This document shows, one piece after another, positions 58,557 through 64,000 of a DNA stretch of 64,000 nt (position 1 is its first letter; the number at the start of each line of letters is the position of its first letter). Made by a program: the position numbers and the translations under genes. The notes beneath the pieces are model-generated. The model saw nothing but the letters and a program-made list of their open reading frames with translations, was not told the origin of the DNA and did no database searches. Source of the DNA: Candidatus Zhuqueibacterota bacterium (GTDB lineage: Bacteria > Zhuqueibacterota > Zhuqueibacteria > Thermofontimicrobiales > Thermofontimicrobiaceae); NCBI GenBank assembly GCA_049322915.1, contig JBMOPW010000007.1, positions 372,246 through 436,245 on the forward strand, written 5' to 3'.

Positions 58557-59903
58557 CTAAACGCCCAGTTTTTTCATTCTGTAAATCAGCACGTGCCGGG
58601 GAATATCCAGCAGTCTGGCGGCTTTCGTCTGATTGCCGCCGGTCTTTTCAAGCGCGTTGCGAATGGCCTTGCGCTCGATTTCTTTCATGGTGACGCCTTC
58701 CTCTGCCATGTTCTTCGGAGCGCTCGGCGCATTGGATTTCCAGACCGGCTGTAGCAAATCCGGCGTGATGACCGGGTCTTTGGAAATGACAATGGCCCGC
58801 TCAATGACATTCTCCAACTCGCGCACATTGCCGGGCCAATGATGGTCGAGCAGAAGCGCCAGCGCCTCCGGGGTGATGGTGAACGATTGATTGCGCTCGT
58901 GTTTCTGGATGAAGTGGTCGACCAGAAACGGGATGTCCTCTTTTCTCTCCCGCAGCGGGGGAATGACAATGGTGACTACGTTGAGGCGATAGTATAAATC
59001 CTCCCGGAATTTGCCGGCAGCCACCTGCTCCTGTATGTTTTTGTTTGTCGCTGCCACAACGCGGACATCCACCTTAACAGGTATCGAGTCCCCGACGCGT
59101 TCGAATTCCTTCTCCTGCAACACGCGCAGCAGTCGCGCCTGCAGGTCTTCCTTCAAATCGCCAATCTCGTCCAGGAAAATGGTGCTGCCATCCGCCAATT
59201 GAAATTTGCCCTTTCGATCTTTGAGCGCACCGGTGAAGGCGCCTCTGACATGCCCGAATAATTCGCTCTCCATCAGATTCTCCGGGATCGAGGGACAATT
59301 GACCGTGATCATCGGTCGGTTTTTTCGGGAACTGTTGTAATGAATGGCCCGGGCAATCAGTTCCTTGCCGGTGCCGCTTTCGCCCTGGACAAGCACGGTG
59401 GCTTCGCTCTCCGCGACGCGGCCGGTAAGCTTCAGCACATCCTCCATCGCTGAGCTTTTGCCGATAAGATTGCCGAAGTTGTATTTCTGCAGGAGCTCGC
59501 TCCTCAATTGCACATTTTCATTCTGCAGCTTCCGCAGCCGAATGGCTTTTTCGATGACAAACCGCAGCGACTCTTTGCCGAACGGTTTAGTGAGGTAATC
59601 ATCCGCGCCAATCTGACTGGCTTCAATGGCATTTTCAACGGTGCCGTAGGCGGTGATGACGATCAGAATGACGTTTTTATCGAAACGCCGAATCGTGGTC
59701 AAAACGTCCATGCCCGAAATATCCGGCAACTGCAAATCAGTGATGACGATATCGAAAGCAGCCTGATTGAACGTGGCGAGGCCGGATCCGCCATTCAGCG
59801 CCGTGGTCACTTTGAAACCCATCTGCTGCAATTGATAGGCAACGACCTTGTTCAGATTGGCGTCGTCGTCGATCAATAATATTTTATTGAAATTATCAGG
59901 CAT
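58557..59903 (-). CDS. sigma54-dependent response regulator (NtrC family)
   Basis: REC; GESGTGKE, GAFTGA, FREDLYYRL, WPGNVREL; Fis HTH. Confidence 0.95.
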   Translation of the reverse strand: MPDNFNKILLIDDDANLNKVVAYQLQQMGFKVTTALNGGSGLATFNQAAFDIVITDLQLPDISGMDVLTTIRRFDKNVILIVITAYGTVENAIEASQIGADDYLTKPFGKESLRFVIEKAIRLRKLQNENVQLRSELLQKYNFGNLIGKSSAMEDVLKLTGRVAESEATVLVQGESGTGKELIARAIHYNSSRKNRPMITVNCPSIPENLMESELFGHVRGAFTGALKDRKGKFQLADGSTIFLDEIGDLKEDLQARLLRVLQEKEFERVGDSIPVKVDVRVVAATNKNIQEQVAAGKFREDLYYRLNVVTIVIPPLRERKEDIPFLVDHFIQKHERNQSFTITPEALALLLDHHWPGNVRELENVIERAIVISKDPVITPDLLQPVWKSNAPSAPKNMAEEGVTMKEIERKAIRNALEKTGGNQTKAARLLDIPRHVLIYRMKKLGV

Positions 59904-61050
59904 CTTTTTTCTCCGGCGGAATAGTGATGGTGAAATCCGTCCCCTGCGATGGCGAACTTTTCACGTCCATCTTCCATTTGTTCTGATCGATAATTCGTTT
60001 CACAATTTTCAATCCCAGCCCGGTGCCGGTCGGCTTTGTGGTGAAGAACGGCTTGAAAATGTCGGACAGCGTCTCCTGGGTCATGCCCTGGCCCGTATCG
60101 CGGATGGTCAGGCGAATCCAGTGAAATTCCTCGGCCTGATTCGATGGGAGATATTCTCCGCGAATGGTGATTTCGCCGCCGTCCGGCATGGCATAGATTG
60201 AATTCAACAGGAGATTGATCAAAATCTGGCGAAGCTGATTCTCATCGGTGACCAGTTCCATGGGCGAAGCCGGAAAATCCAGCGCGAACGAGATCCCCTG
60301 TCTTTGCGCTTTGTAATTGAGCAGGTAAACGACCGAGCGGGAAACAAAGGCGAGATTGCAGGACTGCTTTGTCACCTGCGGCTTGCGGGCGAAATTTAAA
60401 TAATTCTCAACGACCTGATTGAGCCGCTTCACCTCGTTGATTAAAATGTCCATGAACTCCGAGCTTTTCCCTTCTTTGAAACAATCGCTCTTGAGGATTT
60501 CCACGACGCCCCAAATGGAGCCGAGGGGATTGCGCACTTCATGGGCGAGACTGGCGGTGAGTTCGCCCAGAACTGAAAGTCGTTCCGCGGTTCGTAGCTG
60601 ATCCTCAATCTCGGTCAATTTTTCGGATTGAGACTTGAGCTGCCGGTAAGAATGTTCCAATTCGCGCACAGTTTCCCGGTACTTCCTGCGTTCCTCCCAC
60701 TCGCGCCGGGAAAGCGTTCCGGCCACAGAGCCGACGACAAGAAACATGACCATCGCTAAAAAGCGGCTGAAATTGGAGAGGAAATCACCGCCCCATTGAA
60801 AAACCACATGTGGGAAATAGAGGGCGATGACGACTGCCGCAGCCGAAAGTCCGCCTTTCAATCTGAAGCGGTACGCTGCCAGGATAATGGGCAGATAGAA
60901 GAACGCGCGCAGCAATTCATGGAGATGAGGCATGCGGGTCGGAATGGCGTAATGCAACGTGGCAATGGCGATGATCAATGCCCCGATGAACAGAATCCAT
61001 GTCGTATTTCGCGAGGATTCCTGCGTGTGAATTTTACCTGTGTTCTTCAT
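59896..61050 (-). CDS. Membrane sensor histidine kinase, cognate to the NtrC-family regulator
   Basis: ~4 TM helices; AHEVRNPL; DTGQG; FFTTK..GTGLGL; stop overlaps the regulator start. Confidence 0.9.
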   Translation of the reverse strand: MKNTGKIHTQESSRNTTWILFIGALIIAIATLHYAIPTRMPHLHELLRAFFYLPIILAAYRFRLKGGLSAAAVVIALYFPHVVFQWGGDFLSNFSRFLAMVMFLVVGSVAGTLSRREWEERRKYRETVRELEHSYRQLKSQSEKLTEIEDQLRTAERLSVLGELTASLAHEVRNPLGSIWGVVEILKSDCFKEGKSSEFMDILINEVKRLNQVVENYLNFARKPQVTKQSCNLAFVSRSVVYLLNYKAQRQGISFALDFPASPMELVTDENQLRQILINLLLNSIYAMPDGGEITIRGEYLPSNQAEEFHWIRLTIRDTGQGMTQETLSDIFKPFFTTKPTGTGLGLKIVKRIIDQNKWKMDVKSSPSQGTDFTITIPPEKKDA

Positions 61051-61275
61051 CCTGATTTTCCCTGAACAGCGGCGGCGATGAACCGGCGACCTGTTGTTAC
61101 GTTCGCGAGTTCCGCCCGTTGCTCGGTTCAAAATGCCAGCAGGTCATAACTCCAATTCAGTCACTGGCCAACTGCGATAAATGGCTCAGTTTAAACTGAC
61201 CTGAAATAATTTCAGTTCCGCACGGTCGCTCGCAGACATTCGGCGGACGCGGGTTTAGCAGGAGGATTGAGCGGG

Positions 61276-62178
61276 TTACGGGACCAAAAAGATGATGGCC
61301 ACGCCAACGATGGCCAGTGTGGTTCCAAAGATGGCGCGCCAGGAAATTTCCTCTTTGAAAATCCAGCGTGACAGTGGCAGCAGAAAGATGGGGGGAAGCG
61401 CCATCAGCGTCGAGGCAATACCGATATCCGCGTGCTTAATCGCGATAAGGGAGAGCCATATCCCTAAAAAGGGACCGAACACGGACCCGGCGATTAGGGC
61501 ACTGCGCGCCGGTGGATTTTTCATGAATTTGAAATTCGAGGAAATTTGCCCTTTGAACAACGCCGCCACCCAGAGAATGGACGCGGCGGTGAAAACGCGG
61601 ATCAGATTCGCGGACAGCGCCGGAAAGTCACCGCTCAACCCTTTCTTGGCAGTAATCAGCGCGATGGCCTGACCGACCGCACCGCCAATACCGCATAAAA
61701 TGCCCAGCACGTATTTTCGGGACTGAGTCGGTTGCGTATTGTTGTTCCGTTCCAAAATGACCCAGACAATGCCGCCGAGGGTGAGCAGAATGGCAACGAT
61801 TTCGGAAAGGCTCAGGACTTCGTTGAAGAACTCCCAGGCTAACAGGGTGGAGATGATGGGAACAATCGCCATGATGAGCATGGAGAGTCGCGCGCCGATT
61901 AAGATGAAAGCCTGAAAAAGCAGTCCGTCTCCCAGCACAAGCCCGATGATACCTGAAAGTCCCAGCCATACCCAACGATAGGGTTCAGCAGCGACTGGCA
62001 GCAATGCGCCGTACAGAAAAAAATGGAGGATAATTAAATAGCTTGTAGCAAAGAGAAGGCGGGTCCGATTGACAATGAGTGAGCCAACATGTTGCCCCGC
62101 AATGGTGAATAATATTGACGTGAATGTCCACAGAAAAGCAGTGAATAAAGCGGCAGTCTCACCAATGTATGTATTCAA
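61276..62178 (-). CDS. DMT/EamA family transporter
   Basis: ~10 TM helices in two EamA repeats. Confidence 0.88.
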   Translation of the reverse strand: MNTYIGETAALFTAFLWTFTSILFTIAGQHVGSLIVNRTRLLFATSYLIILHFFLYGALLPVAAEPYRWVWLGLSGIIGLVLGDGLLFQAFILIGARLSMLIMAIVPIISTLLAWEFFNEVLSLSEIVAILLTLGGIVWVILERNNNTQPTQSRKYVLGILCGIGGAVGQAIALITAKKGLSGDFPALSANLIRVFTAASILWVAALFKGQISSNFKFMKNPPARSALIAGSVFGPFLGIWLSLIAIKHADIGIASTLMALPPIFLLPLSRWIFKEEISWRAIFGTTLAIVGVAIIFLVP

Positions 62179-62453
62179 TATTTTTTCTGTTTTTTAAGTG
62201 AAGGTAGTGAATGTGGTTATGGTTGGTGAATATACGGATTAAAAGAGAAAAAATCAACAGTTTACTTTTTGGGGATGAACCAAATAAAAAGCGTTGCCTT
62301 GCCAGTCGCGCGGCAAATGTAACTGAGTCTCCCGGTTGATTTAAAGCACCTGAATTCCGGGCAACAGATTTTTTTTTATGCAAGATTAGGACAGGCATTC
62401 CTGGTCGTGCCTGATTCGCTATCCTGAATCATGACTGCCCGATTGTATAATAG

Positions 62454-62483
62454 TTGACAACATCGTGTAGAATATTCTACAAT
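62454..62483 (+). promoter_or_regulatory. sigma70-type promoter overlapped by a perfect 16-bp palindrome
   Basis: TTGACA-N18-TACAAT; TGTAGAATATTCTACA at 62466-62481. Confidence 0.55.
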
Positions 62484-62822
62484 GGATAATAACCAAGGCA
62501 AGATTGCGCCGCCTCTTCGCACTACTGCCTCCGGCGAGGAGAAATTAAAAGATGAGTGAACTTGTTCCGTCGAGAGCAGTTTAATAATGAGACATGTCGC
62601 AACTGGCAACGCACGGAGGTGCGCAAATAGCCCTTTTCATTCGTTGATTCGTTGTGGGTGTTTGCTTCGCGAGAGAGCCGACAGCGTTGAAACCGGCAAT
62701 GTCATTGGGAAGTTCAATAAAAGTTTCAATTTGCTGAATGCAGTCAAGTTAAGCTGGATGCAGTGAAATGAACGACCGGTTGAGAAAGTCGAATGCCGCG
62801 CCACTTATATTTATGAAAAAAG

Positions 62823-62838
62823 TGGTATGTTGTTTGCA
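62823..62838 (+). promoter_or_regulatory. sigma54 promoter upstream of the second sigma70 gene
   Basis: TGGTATGTTGTTTGCA, exact -24/-12 spacing, ~67 nt before ATG 62905. Confidence 0.7.
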
Positions 62839-62904
62839 GTGTGAAGTCAAAATTACAATTCCAAAAAAATAAATTACATTCAGATACAAGTGTTGGGTAG
62901 GATA

Positions 62905-63753
62905 ATGCATAACTTAAAGAATGGGTCCAATAGGCGGGTACTGGAAAAATACCTGGCTGAGATTGATAAAATACCGCGATTGACGCATGAACAGGAATTG
63001 GCTCTGGCCAGACGAATCCAGACTGGCGACAAGCAGGCGATGGATGAACTGGTGCGGGGAAATTTGAAATTCGTGGTGTTCATTGCGCGCGAGTACGAGG
63101 AGCGCGGGCTTCCATTTGATGAGATCGTCAGTGAAGGCAATATAGGATTAATGGAAGCGGCCCGACGTTTCGATGCCGATCGCGGTTATAAATTTATTTC
63201 GTACGCCGTATGGTGGATTCGACAGGCCATTATGCGCGCAGTGGCCAAGCACTCGCGGTTGGTGCGGCTTCCCATCAACAGGATTGGCATTCTGGGAAAA
63301 TTCAGTTCGACGGTGAAAAACCTTGAACAGGATCTGGGACGCGCGCCGGCGCTGGAAGAGGTGGCCGACATGCTGGAAATTTCCCCCAATGAATTGTCGA
63401 GAAATTTAACCCACTGGACGAACGAATTGTCGCTCGATGACTCGACCCTGCCTTACGACGGCAGTCTTTCGCTGATCGACCGGCTCGAAAGCAATGAATT
63501 CGCAGAGCCATCAAGCAAGCTGCTGGAAGAGTCGTTGAAGATCGACATTCGATGCGCGCTGGATTCGCTGTCCTCGGCTGAAGCGACGGTGCTGCGGCTC
63601 TATTTCGGTCTTGATTGTGAACGGCCATTGACTCTCCTGGAAATAGGGAATCAAATGAATTTGAGTCGCGAACGCATCCGGCAGATAAAACAGAAAGCCG
63701 TTCGGAAATTGCAGTATGTCCATCGCCGGGAAAAATTAAGAAATTATCTGTAA
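62905..63753 (+). CDS. Alternative RpoD/SigA-family sigma factor (paralogue of 12398-13255)
   Basis: 'GNLKFVVFIAREY', 'YKFISYAVWWIRQ', 'LSRERIRQIK'. Confidence 0.9.
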   Translation: MHNLKNGSNRRVLEKYLAEIDKIPRLTHEQELALARRIQTGDKQAMDELVRGNLKFVVFIAREYEERGLPFDEIVSEGNIGLMEAARRFDADRGYKFISYAVWWIRQAIMRAVAKHSRLVRLPINRIGILGKFSSTVKNLEQDLGRAPALEEVADMLEISPNELSRNLTHWTNELSLDDSTLPYDGSLSLIDRLESNEFAEPSSKLLEESLKIDIRCALDSLSSAEATVLRLYFGLDCERPLTLLEIGNQMNLSRERIRQIKQKAVRKLQYVHRREKLRNYL

Positions 63754-63805
63754 TATTCATGCGCGGAGACAGACACTCATTTTGAGGAGGGAACATAATT
63801 TTTAC

Positions 63806-64000
63806 ATGCAAGATATTGATGTGATAATCAATGAAAATGGATTGCTGAAAACTCTGTTTCATTCAATTCCCAGTTCGGTAATGATCATCGATAAAAATCA
63901 CCGCGTGCAGTCGGTCAGTGATTTTTTAGAGAGATCATTGAACGTGAGCCGCGGCGAAATTTTCAATAAAAGCATTGGTGAAGTGATACGCTGTGTGAGC
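63806..64000 (+). CDS. PAS-domain protein, truncated by the window end
   Basis: Open frame MQDIDVIINENGLLKTLFHSIPSSVMIIDKNHRVQSVS...IGEVIRCVS; GAGGAGG upstream. Confidence 0.7.
   Translation, partial: MQDIDVIINENGLLKTLFHSIPSSVMIIDKNHRVQSVSDFLERSLNVSRGEIFNKSIGEVIRCVS

Overview
This 64 kb window is chromosomal DNA from a diderm FCB-group bacterium, probably KSB1/Calditrichota-like. That assignment is an inference from T9SS sortases and 'NYPNPF' C-terminal domains, two short RpoD-type sigma factors, and canonical TTGAC/TAnnnT promoters with AGGAGG ribosome-binding sites. The left half holds a GAF-GGDEF protein, T9SS-associated genes (ComEA-barrel, PorV-like, DUF4835/PorD-like, two tandem PorU sortases), an SBP/kinase pair, rpsU, sigA, rlmD, lon, fumarase and bcp. 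The right half is a ~28 kb phosphate-starvation island: phoB/phoR, two pstS, PAP2, a TonB-dependent receptor plus an internally duplicated T9SS cargo protein, a PhoU-ArsC/LMW-PTP fusion, pstSCA-B1-B2, a HAD-FAM151 fusion, patatin-Omp85 and a metallophosphoesterase. It contains five 11-bp-period Pho-box-like arrays. An NtrC-type two-component system, a DMT transporter and a second sigma70 follow. The most notable signals are a Cys-to-Ser pseudo-phosphatase fused to PhoU, two PstB subunits with complementary degeneracy, a lone integron attC site with toxin-antitoxin remnants inside the pst operon, a 936-bp perfect repeat in an apparently circularly permuted cargo protein, a sigma54-promoter-to-terminator sRNA candidate, and a ~400-nt structured RNA candidate upstream of rpsU. 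No rRNA, tRNA, CRISPR array, transposase or integrase was seen. All family calls come from motifs read by eye, with no database searches.
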